Shown here piece after piece: positions 40,383-50,512 of a stretch of 64,000 bases of DNA (within the stretch, counting starts at the first letter, position 1; the number at the start of each line of letters is the position of its first letter). Made by a program: the position numbers and the translations under genes. Source of the stretch: Roseibacillus sp. (GTDB lineage: Bacteria > Verrucomicrobiota > Verrucomicrobiia > Verrucomicrobiales > Akkermansiaceae); assembly GCA_965242925.1 (NCBI GenBank), contig CBDEUM010000018.1:65041-129040 (forward strand), read 5' to 3'. The notes under the pieces were generated by a model that ran no database searches, was not told where the DNA came from, and saw only the letters and a program-made list of their open reading frames with translations.

Positions 40383-40756
40383 TGCCTGAGGGAACAAATC
40401 ATGAGGATGCGGTGAGATCAAATCACAAAATATGGAAAGGAGGGCAGTTTTGTGACTCACGGCAGGTCAATCCATGGTGACTGCGGCCACCCGCTTCTTT
40501 GTTGCCTCATCGTGCTTGTCACCTGCCCGGCGCCCCCCTTCAATCGTCGTGGGCGGGGAACATGGACTTCATCGGTGTGGAAAACTGGGAACGGGGCGTT
40601 ACGCACGCAGATGGCCGTGTTCAACCTGGGATCCTCCGGCGCGGGCGGCTCCCCGGAAGAAACGCGGCGGTCCATTGGATGGCCTGCCGGAGCAGGGGAG
40701 TCAGGGAGCGGAAGGACCGGCTGGTGGAATCGTTGAAGGAAGGCAGTTTCTGACCG

Positions 40757-41473
40757 ATGAACAACAAGGAGAAGGAACGGGAAATCCGGACCAGCTGGAA
40801 GATGCGGGCCCTGGGGGCTTTGGTGGGCTGGATGATGCGGTTCTTCGCCGTGACTCTCCGCATGGAGGTGGTGGATCGGTGCGGATTCACCGATCGCGCC
40901 AAAAACAGCTCCCCGCGCATCTGGTGCATCTGGCACAGTCGCATCGCCGGGACCCTGATGTCCCGCAGGCGCATCTTCCGCTGGCGGAAGGGCGTGGTCC
41001 TGACCAGCGCGAGCCACGACGGGGCAGCTCTCGCAGGGGTGGCCAGGGTGGTGGGACTGGAGGCCGTGAGAGGATCCAGTTCGCGGAGGGGATCGGAAGC
41101 CCTGAGGGAAATGGTGCAGGCGGTGCGCAAGGGTCTGGATGTGGCGGTGACCCCCGACGGTCCGCGGGGTCCGCGCTACCGACTGAGTTCGGGTTTGATA
41201 AAACTGGCTCAGGTGACCCGTGCTCCGGTGATGGGAGTTCACGTGCACTACAGCCGGGCGATCCGCCTCAAGACCTGGGATCGTTTCGTCATTCCACTAC
41301 CCTTCAGCAAGCTCACCATCATTTTTGACGAGCTGCTTGATGTCCCGCGGAAGCTGGATGACGATGCCTTCGAATCGAAGCGTATGGAGGCCGAAAGCAT
41401 GATGCGCGCCGAAGTCGACGATCTCGATCTGCCAACCTATGACCATTCTCAACGGAAAAGAAATCGCCGCTGA
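40757..41473 (+). CDS. DUF374 / lysophospholipid acyltransferase-like protein
   Basis: [25 protein letters not shown] and [10 protein letters not shown] motifs. Confidence 0.88.
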   Translation: MNNKEKEREIRTSWKMRALGALVGWMMRFFAVTLRMEVVDRCGFTDRAKNSSPRIWCIWHSRIAGTLMSRRRIFRWRKGVVLTSASHDGAALAGVARVVGLEAVRGSSSRRGSEALREMVQAVRKGLDVAVTPDGPRGPRYRLSSGLIKLAQVTRAPVMGVHVHYSRAIRLKTWDRFVIPLPFSKLTIIFDELLDVPRKLDDDAFESKRMEAESMMRAEVDDLDLPTYDHSQRKRNRR

Positions 41474-42302
41474 AGTCCTGGCTGGGTGCCGGGAAAAGGC
41501 GGGAATCCTTCAGTCAAGAGGAGTGACCCCGGGACTGGCGGTTGTGATTGTCGGGGATGATCCCGCTTCCCATGTTTACGTGAATTCCAAGGTGAAGACC
41601 TGCGGCGAACTTGGGATCCACTCCCGTAAGATCGAGTTGCCGACGGAAACGACCCAGGAGGAAGTGCTGCAGGTGGTTCGTGATCTCAATGAGGATCCCG
41701 CCATTCATGGGATCCTGGTGCAGTCCCCGCCTCCGCCCCATATTAATGAGGAGGAGATCATCCGCCTCCTTGATCCCCGGAAGGACGTGGACGGCTTCCA
41801 CCCCGTCAATGCTGGCAAGCTCGTCATGGAGGATGAAAGCGGGTTTGTTCCCTGCACGCCGCAGGGATGCATCCATTTGCTGGAAAAGGCCGGGATCGAA
41901 ACGAGTGGGGCCAACGCGGTGGTGATCGGGCGCAGCATGATCGTGGGTAAACCGATGGCCCTGCTTCTCATGGGAAAGGGAGTCAATGCCACCGTGACGG
42001 TGGCCCACTCCCGCACCAGGGAACTGGCTGCGGTGTGCCGGCAGGCTGACATCCTGGTGGCTGCGATTGGCAAACCCGGGTTTGTTACCGCCGACTTCGT
42101 CAAGGATGGGGCGGTTGTGATCGACGTGGGGATCAACCGGGTGGAGGACTCGTCGAAGAAGCGCGGATTCCGGCTGGTCGGGGATGTGGCATACGACGAA
42201 GTGGCTCCCAAGTGCCACGCCATCACGCCGGTGCCCGGCGGGGTGGGCCCCATGACCATTGCTTTTCTCATGAGCAACACGGTCAAAGCGGCCGGGGGCT
42301 GA
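41439..42302 (+). CDS. folD: Methylenetetrahydrofolate dehydrogenase/cyclohydrolase
   Basis: [27 protein letters not shown] and [11 protein letters not shown] motifs. Confidence 0.97.
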   Translation: MTILNGKEIAAEVLAGCREKAGILQSRGVTPGLAVVIVGDDPASHVYVNSKVKTCGELGIHSRKIELPTETTQEEVLQVVRDLNEDPAIHGILVQSPPPPHINEEEIIRLLDPRKDVDGFHPVNAGKLVMEDESGFVPCTPQGCIHLLEKAGIETSGANAVVIGRSMIVGKPMALLLMGKGVNATVTVAHSRTRELAAVCRQADILVAAIGKPGFVTADFVKDGAVVIDVGINRVEDSSKKRGFRLVGDVAYDEVAPKCHAITPVPGGVGPMTIAFLMSNTVKAAGG

Positions 42303-42360
42303 TGTTGATGTGGCAGCTACTTGCCGGTCCCGGGTTGTGCTCTGGAAAAGCGGTGAGTGC

Positions 42361-43323
42361 CTACTGCTCACCGAAGGCCAGCTGCAGGCCCCGTGAGGAC
42401 CAGTATTTGACGAGGCGTTTCTGGATCACATTGGCCTCTTCGGTGGGAAAGGCAGGGGTTGCCGTGGAAAGTTTCGGCAGGCTGGAAAGGTGAACAGAGG
42501 TCCTTGCCCGGCGATCTGCTCCGCCGTGGAAGTGATAGTGGACCAGGAGAAGGGCGGTGGCGTAGGGAAGGTAGGCATTACCGTCGAACTGGTTCTGCGA
42601 GGTCTTGAGCCAGCCAGCATGATCGAGCCTGAGGATCTCGGCGACGGGAATGAGGTGGAACTTCTCTCCCTCCTTGTTCTTGCTGGTGGCATGACGCAGG
42701 TGGTTACGGATGAGGCTTTCGAGGTCCCGGAAGAGATACCAGCCGTCGCCCTGGTGACACACGGCGAAGTATTCCGCCACCCCTTCGGAGAACCAGGGAG
42801 GTAGGCGCCAGAGAATGCCCGACATGCTCATGTGGATCAACTCGTGCACAAGAAGGCCCTGGTTTGGCCGCGGTTGCAGGCGGGAATTCGCAGGTTGGGG
42901 AGGGGCGAGGAAATAGTCGGCGCGAATCAGAGCGCGGCCCCGGCGTCCATCCCACCATCCTACCGCACCTGCCTCCCCTCCCGCCCGGACGAAACTTGCC
43001 TCGTCCTTACAGAGGATAATGTCGATGTCTTCCTGCCGGCGGGGAGCCCACAGCGGCAGAGGATGCGACCTGACGAGTGCAGGAACGGATTCCACCACTC
43101 TGGCGAACCGGGTGAGATCCTGGCGCGCGATCCTGGTCTCGACCACCATCCGGAAGTGCCGGGTGGTCACAACCTGGGTCCCGTTGGTTTCATCATCGAC
43201 GATCTTCAGGGGTGCCGGTTTGCCCTTGAACTCCCACGGCCAGGGTTTCGGTTGGCTCCGGGTGGATTGCTGGGCCGGGAGGGCGGCAGGGAGCAGTAGC
43301 AGCAGGGTGAGAATTCGGAGCAC
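42361..43323 (-). CDS. Secreted zincin-like (HExxH) protein, DUF1570-like
   Basis: Signal peptide; LVHELIH...[12 protein letters not shown]. Confidence 0.7.
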   Translation of the reverse strand: MLRILTLLLLLPAALPAQQSTRSQPKPWPWEFKGKPAPLKIVDDETNGTQVVTTRHFRMVVETRIARQDLTRFARVVESVPALVRSHPLPLWAPRRQEDIDIILCKDEASFVRAGGEAGAVGWWDGRRGRALIRADYFLAPPQPANSRLQPRPNQGLLVHELIHMSMSGILWRLPPWFSEGVAEYFAVCHQGDGWYLFRDLESLIRNHLRHATSKNKEGEKFHLIPVAEILRLDHAGWLKTSQNQFDGNAYLPYATALLLVHYHFHGGADRRARTSVHLSSLPKLSTATPAFPTEEANVIQKRLVKYWSSRGLQLAFGEQ

Positions 43324-43409
43324 AGCTCACTCTCGGTGCAGCGGGAGAAGGAGACAAGAGAATCGCAGCAAATACCTCTGATTGGCGGGAGGAGGGTGGG
43401 AATCTCCCC

Positions 43410-43439
43410 TTTACATGGTAACGGGACCGCCTTTAGGTT
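43410..43439 (+). promoter_or_regulatory. Putative sigma70-type promoter of the tRNA
   Basis: TTTACA-N18-TAGGTT followed by a GC-rich discriminator-like stretch just upstream of the tRNA. Confidence 0.4.
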
Positions 43440-43453
43440 GCCGTCCGCCAAGC

Positions 43454-43545
43454 GGAGAGATGGCTGAGTCCGGTTTAAGGCACACGACTCGAAATCGTGC
43501 GTGGCAGTGATGTCACCCTGGGTTCGAATCCCAGTCTCTCCGCCA
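43454..43545 (+). tRNA. tRNA-Ser (anticodon CGA)
   Basis: GGAGAGA/TCTCTCC acceptor stem, discriminator G plus encoded CCA; CACGA-CT-CGA-AA-TCGTG anticodon arm; long variable arm; GGTTCGAATCC T-loop. Confidence 0.97.
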
Positions 43546-43569
43546 GCCCACCCTTTGGGCTTTGATAAT

Positions 43570-43895
43570 GAGGGCGTAGGTACGAATTCGCCGCCCCACC
43601 AGACGAGCGTATCGTCCAGTGGGCCCCGTTCTTCCAGATCAGCCAAGATCGCCGCGACTGGATGATCAACGGCGTGAGCGTGTTCGGCGTGTTTGGCCAG
43701 GTTGCTGTGTTGATCCCAGCGCGGATTGTCCGTGCTGTCGGTATAGTTGACCTGAAGGTAACGAACGCCCGCTTCGGCCAGGCGACAGGACCGCAGACAC
43801 TGTCTCCCGAACTGCGCACCCGGGAGGGGCTTCACCCGAGGACCTGGCGGCGTAGACGACCCCGGCACGGCTCCTCCTCAATCTCGATAAGGTAA
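43570..43895 (-). pseudogene. Truncated, frameshifted DUF1501 remnant
   Basis: [21 protein letters not shown]...WDQH...[14 protein letters not shown] is a decayed EFGRTP region; both ends of the gene are missing. Confidence 0.75.
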
Positions 43896-43978
43896 TCAAT
43901 TGGGATTGAAGGCTTCGGTGCTTGGCATTGGAATCCCCAAGTCCTAGATTGCGACATTCTAGCGACGAAGTGAGATCG

Positions 43979-46900
43979 ATGAGCTGCCGGACGACATTCT
44001 CTATCGTTGTTGTCGCCGTTTTCGGCTCGGCCAACTGGGCGGTCGCCGCGGATAAGATCAGGTTTGCGACCGATATCCAACCGCTCTTCGCACAGAGGTG
44101 TTTGGAATGTCACGGGCCTGATAAGCAGAAAGGGGGCCTCCGTCTCGACCGCTTGGATAGTCTCTTGAAAGAGCAGAAGTCCGGGGCCTCCGCGGTGGTC
44201 CCCGGACATCTCGACAAGAGTGAAATCATTCGCCGGATCACGAGTGACGATCCCGAAGAGGTCATGCCTTCGAAGGGGGACCCTCTGAGTGCGGACGAGA
44301 TCGGGAAGTTGAAAGACTGGGTGGCCTCTGGAGCCGAGTTTGAGCAGCACTGGGCGTATCTTCCCTTGGCCCCGGGGATGCTGCCGGAGGTGAAGGATGC
44401 ACAATGGGTGCGGAATCCGATCGATCGCTTTGTCCTCGCGCGCCTGGAGAAGGAGGGAATCAAACCGTCGCCGCGGGCGGACCTCCATATCCTGATCAAG
44501 CGGCTGTATTATGATCTCATTGGGCTCCCGCCGAGCCCTGCGGAAGTGGATGCCTTCGTGAGTGACGAGTCGTCCGATGCTTACGCCGCGTTGGTGAAGC
44601 GGCTCCTTGCTTCGGAACACTTTGGGGAGCGATGGGGGCGGCACTGGTTGGACAAGGGCCGCTACGCCGACTCCGACGGCTATGAGAAAGACAACCCGCG
44701 TCCCAACGCCTGGTACTACCGGAGCTGGGTTCTCAAAGCGGTGAACGCGGACATGCCCATGGACCAGTTCGCGATCGAGCAGATCGCCGGCGATCTGCTC
44801 CCGGAAGCGGCGCCCCGCCAGCGACTCGCCACCGCCTTTCACCGCCAGACCCTGACCAACACGGAAGGCGGCGCGGATCAGGAGGAGTTCCGCAACGCCG
44901 CCTTGTTCGACCGGACCGAAACCATCGGCACGATTTGGCTCGGGCTCACCCTCTCGTGCGCTCGTTGCCATACCCACAAATACGACGCGATTCCGCAGAG
45001 CGACTACTATCGCCTCTTCGCCTTTTTCAACAACGCGGACGAGACGAACTACGATCTGCCGCTTATCGGCTCGCCCCTCGAGAAATACAAAGAGGAGAAG
45101 GCGGCAATCGAGGCGGAGCTGAAGGTGATCGACGAGGAGATCGCGGAGGCGAAAACGAAACACGGTGACGCCTTCGAAACGTGGCAAACCCGACTCCGGG
45201 AGAGGCTTGCGCAGGAGAACCCGCCCGCCTTCCACGACCTGGCCGAGATGGAGGTGACATCCGATGTCGAGGGCGTTGGGTTCGAGGTCGAGGAATCGGG
45301 AGTCGTTCAGGTGACCGGCGCCAACCCCGACGGGATGATGATATTCGAGATCGCGGGCAAGGTTGGTGCGATCGGCGAACCGGTGACCGGGATCCGCCTC
45401 GATGTGCTCACCGACAAGCGTCTTCCTGCCAACGGGCCGGGCCGAGCGCCGAACGGGAACTTTGTGCTCAACGAAGTGGAGTTGTTGCGGGGGGAGACCA
45501 AGCTCGCGTTTGGCGGCGCGAAGGCGAATCATTCCCAGGCGAACTTCGAGGTCAGCAAGTTGATCGACGGAAACCGGGACAAAATGAGCGGCTGGGCGGT
45601 GGCGCCCCAACTAGGCAAGCCGCACCATGCGATTCTGAATTTGAAGGAGCCTCTCGAGGTCGAGGCCGGCACGCCGTTGACGGTGCTCTTGGTGCGCAAC
45701 TATGACGGGGAGCACACGGTGGGGCGTTTTCGGGTGCGCCTCATGACTGGGGAGGATGCCGAGGCGGTGGCTCCCGAACCGATTCGCGATCTTCTGGCGC
45801 TAAAGCCGGAAGAGCGAGACGACAAGCAGAAGGAAGCGCTGCTCGATCACTTTCTCCGGAATGTGCACGAAGAGACGAAGGCTCTCTTCGCCAAGCGGGA
45901 CGAAGCACAGAAGAAGATGCCCAAGCGTCCAAGCGCGCGGGTGCGGGTGGTCGCCGAGCGCGGTTCGCCCCGCACGACGAAGATCCTCGACCGCGGCGAC
46001 TTCCTGAAGCCGACCGACGTGGAAGTGAAACCCGGTGGCCTCGCTGTCTTGCCACCGATTGAGGGGCGGGAGGAAGGAAAGCTGGACCGGCTGGATTTCG
46101 CGAACTGGTTGGTTTCGGAGGACAACCCATTGCCGCCCCGGGTCCTGGCGAATCACCTCTGGGACAAACTGTTCGGTGAGGGGTTGGTGCGCACCATGAA
46201 CGACTTTGGGGTGCGGGGTGAGCGTCCGGTCCACCCGGAGCTGCTCGATTGGCTTGCCGCCGATTACCGGAGGCTGGGATGGAGTCGTAAGAAGATGATC
46301 GAAACGATTGTGACGTCCGCGACCTATCAGCAAGCGTCCGCCCATCGCGAGGAGCTTCGCGAGATCGATCCCACCAACAAGCTGCTGGCGCGCCAGAACC
46401 GGTTTCGGGTGGAAGCGGAGATCGTGCGCGATCTTTGCCTCTCGGTGTCCGGACTTCTCTCGGACAAATTCGGCGGGCCCAGCGTCTTCCCGCCGCTGCC
46501 TGCGGGGGTGGCGGCTTTGAGTTATTCCAACAACTTCAAATGGAAGGCCAGCGAGGGGGAAAAGCGCTACCGCCGCGGCCTCTATACCTTTTTCAAGCGG
46601 ACCGCACCGCATCCCAATCTGATCACCTTCGACTGTCCGGATTCGAACACCACGAACGTGCGCCGGAGAACCTCGAACACACCGCTCCAGGCCCTCACCA
46701 TGTTGAACAACGAGGTCTTTGTCGAAGCGTCGCGGGCCTTTGCCAGGCGCCTCCTCGAGATGGAGGCCGCCAGCGACGATCAACGCATGCAGCAGGCGCT
46801 GCGTCTCTGCATCGGGAGAGAGCCCGCGGAGGCCGAGACTACACGATTCGTTGACCTGCTGGAGAATGGCCGCACCTACTACCGCGCACATCCCGAGAGT

Positions 46901-47017
46901 GGGAAGAAGCTGATCGGCAAGTACCTGCCCGACGGCGTCGCTGCCCCTGAGGCGGCCGCCTGGGTTGCGGTGGCGCGCACTGCCCTCAACCTCGACGAAT
47001 TTATGACCCGGGAATAG
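43979..47017 (+). CDS. Cytochrome c / DUF1549 / DUF1553 protein with an inserted F5/8-type-C-like domain
   Basis: CLECH and CARCHTH heme motifs; GERWGRHWLD, HPELLDWLA, TPLQALTMLN and LNLDEF motifs; signal peptide. Confidence 0.92.
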   Translation: MSCRTTFSIVVVAVFGSANWAVAADKIRFATDIQPLFAQRCLECHGPDKQKGGLRLDRLDSLLKEQKSGASAVVPGHLDKSEIIRRITSDDPEEVMPSKGDPLSADEIGKLKDWVASGAEFEQHWAYLPLAPGMLPEVKDAQWVRNPIDRFVLARLEKEGIKPSPRADLHILIKRLYYDLIGLPPSPAEVDAFVSDESSDAYAALVKRLLASEHFGERWGRHWLDKGRYADSDGYEKDNPRPNAWYYRSWVLKAVNADMPMDQFAIEQIAGDLLPEAAPRQRLATAFHRQTLTNTEGGADQEEFRNAALFDRTETIGTIWLGLTLSCARCHTHKYDAIPQSDYYRLFAFFNNADETNYDLPLIGSPLEKYKEEKAAIEAELKVIDEEIAEAKTKHGDAFETWQTRLRERLAQENPPAFHDLAEMEVTSDVEGVGFEVEESGVVQVTGANPDGMMIFEIAGKVGAIGEPVTGIRLDVLTDKRLPANGPGRAPNGNFVLNEVELLRGETKLAFGGAKANHSQANFEVSKLIDGNRDKMSGWAVAPQLGKPHHAILNLKEPLEVEAGTPLTVLLVRNYDGEHTVGRFRVRLMTGEDAEAVAPEPIRDLLALKPEERDDKQKEALLDHFLRNVHEETKALFAKRDEAQKKMPKRPSARVRVVAERGSPRTTKILDRGDFLKPTDVEVKPGGLAVLPPIEGREEGKLDRLDFANWLVSEDNPLPPRVLANHLWDKLFGEGLVRTMNDFGVRGERPVHPELLDWLAADYRRLGWSRKKMIETIVTSATYQQASAHREELREIDPTNKLLARQNRFRVEAEIVRDLCLSVSGLLSDKFGGPSVFPPLPAGVAALSYSNNFKWKASEGEKRYRRGLYTFFKRTAPHPNLITFDCPDSNTTNVRRRTSNTPLQALTMLNNEVFVEASRAFARRLLEMEAASDDQRMQQALRLCIGREPAEAETTRFVDLLENGRTYYRAHPESGKKLIGKYLPDGVAAPEAAAWVAVARTALNLDEFMTRE

Positions 47018-47019
47018 CC

Positions 47020-48498
47020 ATGCATCATCGACGCGATATCGACATTCAGGCCGAGTTGGAACTCACCCGGCGCTCGTTTCTCAACACCGCCGCCAGCGGG
47101 GTGGGGGGGATTGCGCTGGCCAGCCTTCTCCAGCAGGACGGACTCCTCGCCGCCCCGGCCGCGCCAAACCCGCTCGCTCCCAAGAGCCCTCATTTCCCGG
47201 GCAAAGCCAAGAACTGCATTTTCTTCTTCATGGCGGGCGCGCCATCCCAGATCGATCTCTTCGATCCCAAGCCGAAGTTGAACGAACTGCATGGGCAGGT
47301 CCTGCCGGAGTCCATGACCAAGAACGTGCGGTTCGCGTTCATCAACAAGAACGCCAAGCTCTTGGGATCGAGCCGGACCTACAAGAAGTACGGTCAGTGT
47401 GGAATGGAGTTTTCCGACCTCTTGCCGCACCTCGGGTCCTGCGCGGACGACCTTCTCATGGTGCGCTCGCTCCACTCCGAGCAGTTCAATCACCACCCCG
47501 GGCAGCTCATGATGCAATGCGGGCGGGGAACGTTTGGCCTTCCCACCATGGGCTCCTGGCTCACCTACGGTCTCGGCAGCGAATCGCAGGACCTTCCGGG
47601 ATACGTGGTGCTCTCCAGCGGGGTTGGATCCAGCGGCGGTGCCACGCTCTGGCAATCGGGGTTCCTCCCGAGCACTCACGCCGGTGTTTTGTTCCGCGAG
47701 CAGGGGGAGCCGGTCTTGAACTTGGCCAATCCTGACGGCCTCCCGCCCGAACTGCAGCGTGCCTCCCTGGATACCCTGCGCGATGCAAACCAGCAACGTC
47801 TCGAGCTCATGCGCGATCCCGAGATCGCCAGTCGCATCGCCAGCTATGAGCTGGCCTACCGCATGCAGAGCTCCGCTCCCGAGCTCATTGACTTTTCGAG
47901 CGAGTCGAAAGCGACCCTCGAGGCCTACGGAGTCGAGCGTGACGATCCTCCCAATGGAGGTCGCGGCAAGTCCGGAAATACCGCGCAAAGTTTCGGGCGC
48001 AACTGCCTCCTCGCCCGCCGAATGGTGGAACGTGGGGTGCGGTTTGTGAATGTGATCTACGCCTCGTGGGATCATCACGGCAATATCGACAAGGAGCTCC
48101 CCTACAACGCAGCAGTGGTTGATCAGCCGATTGCCGCGCTGATCAAGGACCTCAAGGAGCGTGGCATGCTCGAGGACACCATGGTGGTCTGGGGATCGGA
48201 GTTTGGGCGCACCCCTCTCGGCCAGGGTGACGGAAGCAAGTCTTCCGGGCGCGACCATCATCCTTTCGCCTTCACGATGCTCATGGCCGGGGGCGGCATC
48301 AAGGGTGGCCAGGTTTACGGAGAGAGCGACGAGTTCGGATGGGGCGTCGAGGACAAGCCGGTCCACATCAACGACCTCCATGCCACCATGCTCCACTGTT
48401 TCGGTCTGGAGCACGAACAACTGACCTACCGTTTCCAGGGCCGCGATTTCCGCCTTACCGATGTGGGTGGGAAGGTGATCAAGGACTGGCTCGCATAG
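47020..48498 (+). CDS. DUF1501 domain protein with Tat signal
   Basis: TRRSFL; GAPSQIDLFDPKP; LARRMVERGVRFV; SEFGRTP; GRDHHP; FRLTDV. Confidence 0.92.
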   Translation: MHHRRDIDIQAELELTRRSFLNTAASGVGGIALASLLQQDGLLAAPAAPNPLAPKSPHFPGKAKNCIFFFMAGAPSQIDLFDPKPKLNELHGQVLPESMTKNVRFAFINKNAKLLGSSRTYKKYGQCGMEFSDLLPHLGSCADDLLMVRSLHSEQFNHHPGQLMMQCGRGTFGLPTMGSWLTYGLGSESQDLPGYVVLSSGVGSSGGATLWQSGFLPSTHAGVLFREQGEPVLNLANPDGLPPELQRASLDTLRDANQQRLELMRDPEIASRIASYELAYRMQSSAPELIDFSSESKATLEAYGVERDDPPNGGRGKSGNTAQSFGRNCLLARRMVERGVRFVNVIYASWDHHGNIDKELPYNAAVVDQPIAALIKDLKERGMLEDTMVVWGSEFGRTPLGQGDGSKSSGRDHHPFAFTMLMAGGGIKGGQVYGESDEFGWGVEDKPVHINDLHATMLHCFGLEHEQLTYRFQGRDFRLTDVGGKVIKDWLA

Positions 48499-48506
48499 TT
48501 GGCGTA

Positions 48507-48895
48507 CTATGAGATGCGTCCTGCGGGTTGGACTCCTTCGCGGACGATGACAGCGGCATCGATCCCGCTGGTCTCGACGACCGAGAGGGCAAAGGCATCC
48601 TCGGCGAACCACTTCGCGACAGCTTGCTCATGGGGTCCGCCAACCAGCCGGCCCGAAGGTTTCGGGTGAGCGGCCTCCCACACCGTCAGTTCCTCGCGGA
48701 TGAGAGGTTCAGGATCTTTTTCTGTCACAGGCACCGAGTCCTCAAGCTGCAGGTGCTTCTTCACAAAGGGGAACAAAGGGACAGGTCGACAGGTCAGTGT
48801 CCGCCCCCGGTGGCGGGCCGTAGCGGAGCGAAGACCCCTGCACCCCCACCAACCCCGGCCCGTGAAGCTTCAGGAAATCAGGGCTGGAAAACCAA
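48507..48895 (-). pseudogene. Probable remnant of a PVC-type acetylxylan-esterase-like hydrolase
   Basis: FVKKHLQL..PVTEKD..PL.REELTVW...HPKP recalls the mid-region of that family; no proper start; disrupted upstream frame. Confidence 0.35.
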
Positions 48896-48962
48896 TTTCC
48901 CAGCATAAAAATTAATACTGCTGAATCGTTGAACCTCTACACACCTGAGTAGCTGCCAAAAA

Positions 48963-49727
48963 TCAACACATGACGCCGCCGTCGATGGTGAGGGAGGCGC
49001 CGGTGATGAAGCTGGATCGTTCGCTGGCGAAGTAGAGGGCGGCTTCAGCGACGTCTTCGGGAGTTCCGAGTCGCTTGGCGCAGGTCATCTGGATCGTTTC
49101 ATCGATGATGGAGTCTGCGTTGGGGAAGGCTTTGACTGAATCCCAGATGAGTGGCGTGTCGACCGGTCCGGGACAAAGCGCGTTAACCCTGATTTTGTGT
49201 TCAGCGTAATCTTTGGCCAGGTTTTTCATCAGTGGAATGAGCGCGCCCTTCGAGGCACAGTATGCTGGATGATTGGGGAAGCTTTTGAAGCTGGCGATGG
49301 ATGCGTTGATGACGACGGTTCCGCCGCCTGCCTTGATGAGCTCCGGGAGACCATAGCGGCAGAGGTAGTAAACGCCGTTGAGGTTAACGCCGATGGTCTG
49401 GTGCCAGGTCTCGAGGCTGATCTCGGTGGCCAAGCCGTTGCCGAGGATGCCGGCGTTGGGAACGAGGATGCTGAGCTTGGAGAAGCGATCGACCGCGGCG
49501 CTGACCATGGCTTCGACTTCTTCGGCGTTCGAAACATCGGCTTTATAGAAGAAGGCGCTGCCGCCGCCGTCGGTGATGCTTTTCTCAATGGATTTTCCGC
49601 GTTCCTCGTTGGTGCCGTTGATCACGACCGAGGCGCCTTCGTTCGAAAAGCGACGGGCGATGGCTTCGCCCATTCCGCTGGTGCTTCCGGTGATAAGGGC
49701 GACCTGGTCCTGTAGTTCGTTGCGCAT
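48963..49727 (-). CDS. Short-chain dehydrogenase/reductase
   Basis: TGSTSGMG, PNAG, YCASK and RVNALCPG motifs. Confidence 0.93.
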   Translation of the reverse strand: MRNELQDQVALITGSTSGMGEAIARRFSNEGASVVINGTNEERGKSIEKSITDGGGSAFFYKADVSNAEEVEAMVSAAVDRFSKLSILVPNAGILGNGLATEISLETWHQTIGVNLNGVYYLCRYGLPELIKAGGGTVVINASIASFKSFPNHPAYCASKGALIPLMKNLAKDYAEHKIRVNALCPGPVDTPLIWDSVKAFPNADSIIDETIQMTCAKRLGTPEDVAEAALYFASERSSFITGASLTIDGGVMC

Positions 49728-50501
49728 CTAATTTTCACGTAGTTCGGTGTCGATGAAGTCGGCTTGGACCGAGGTGAGTCCGCCGTCGGAGCACAGGATC
49801 TGGCCGGTGACGTAGTTGGAAAGTTCGGAGCAGAAGAAGAGGAGGGGGCCGACGTGGTCATTGCAGTCTGCCATGCGGCCCAGGGGAATGGTGGCCTCGT
49901 GCGCGCGGCACTTAGCTTCGTCTTCCCAGAGACCCCTGGTCATTCCGGTCTTCGTCGTCCCGGGCGCGATACCGTTGACACAGATGTCTTGCGCCGCGAG
50001 TTCGGTGGAGAGGTTGCGGACGAGGGCGTCGAGCCCCCCTTTGGAAGCCGTGTAGGCGTGGAGGCCGGGGTAGCCGAGCTTTGCGGAGATCGAAGAGATG
50101 AAGACAATTTTGCCGGTGGAGCCGGTGCGGAAGTTGGGAAGGAGTGCCTTGGTGAGCAGGAAGGCGCTCTTCAAGTTGACATCAAAGACATCGTCCCAGG
50201 ATTGCTCATCAAATTCAGCGGCAGGCGAAGCGATATTGATGCCGGCGGCATGGACGAAGATGTCGACCTTCTCGTTGTCCGAGACAATATTTTCTACGGC
50301 GGATTCGATCTCACCGGTGTTCTTCAGATTGCAGGTGATTGCTGAAATCCTGTCATTGGCGCCGTCGATGCGATCGGTGTTCACGTCGAGAGCAACGACC
50401 TTTGCGCCGACTTCGGAGAGGCCGCGGCAGAGGGCGTAGCCAATTTCGCCGCCGCCGCCGGAGACGACCGCTAGTTTGCCGGATAAATCGATGTTTCTCA
50501 G
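49728..50501 (-). CDS. Short-chain dehydrogenase/reductase (KduD/gluconate-5-dehydrogenase-like), probable CTG start
   Basis: YTASK and VNGIAPG motifs. The Rossmann motif SGGGGEIG lies in frame upstream of the ORF-track start (50384), with no ATG/GTG/TTG before it. Confidence 0.85.
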   Translation of the reverse strand: MRNIDLSGKLAVVSGGGGEIGYALCRGLSEVGAKVVALDVNTDRIDGANDRISAITCNLKNTGEIESAVENIVSDNEKVDIFVHAAGINIASPAAEFDEQSWDDVFDVNLKSAFLLTKALLPNFRTGSTGKIVFISSISAKLGYPGLHAYTASKGGLDALVRNLSTELAAQDICVNGIAPGTTKTGMTRGLWEDEAKCRAHEATIPLGRMADCNDHVGPLLFFCSELSNYVTGQILCSDGGLTSVQADFIDTELREN

Positions 50502-50512
50502 GATGGTCTAGG

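Noticed and set aside
40461..40756. Small ORFs or an RNA in the ~300-bp gap upstream of the DUF374 gene
   Set aside because: Three overlapping frames are open, none with recognisable motifs, and there is no convincing structure or SRP-type motif.
43206..43868. 220-aa ORF spanning the tRNA on the opposite strand
   Set aside because: Only its first part is a DUF1501 remnant; the rest reads through the tRNA antisense by chance.
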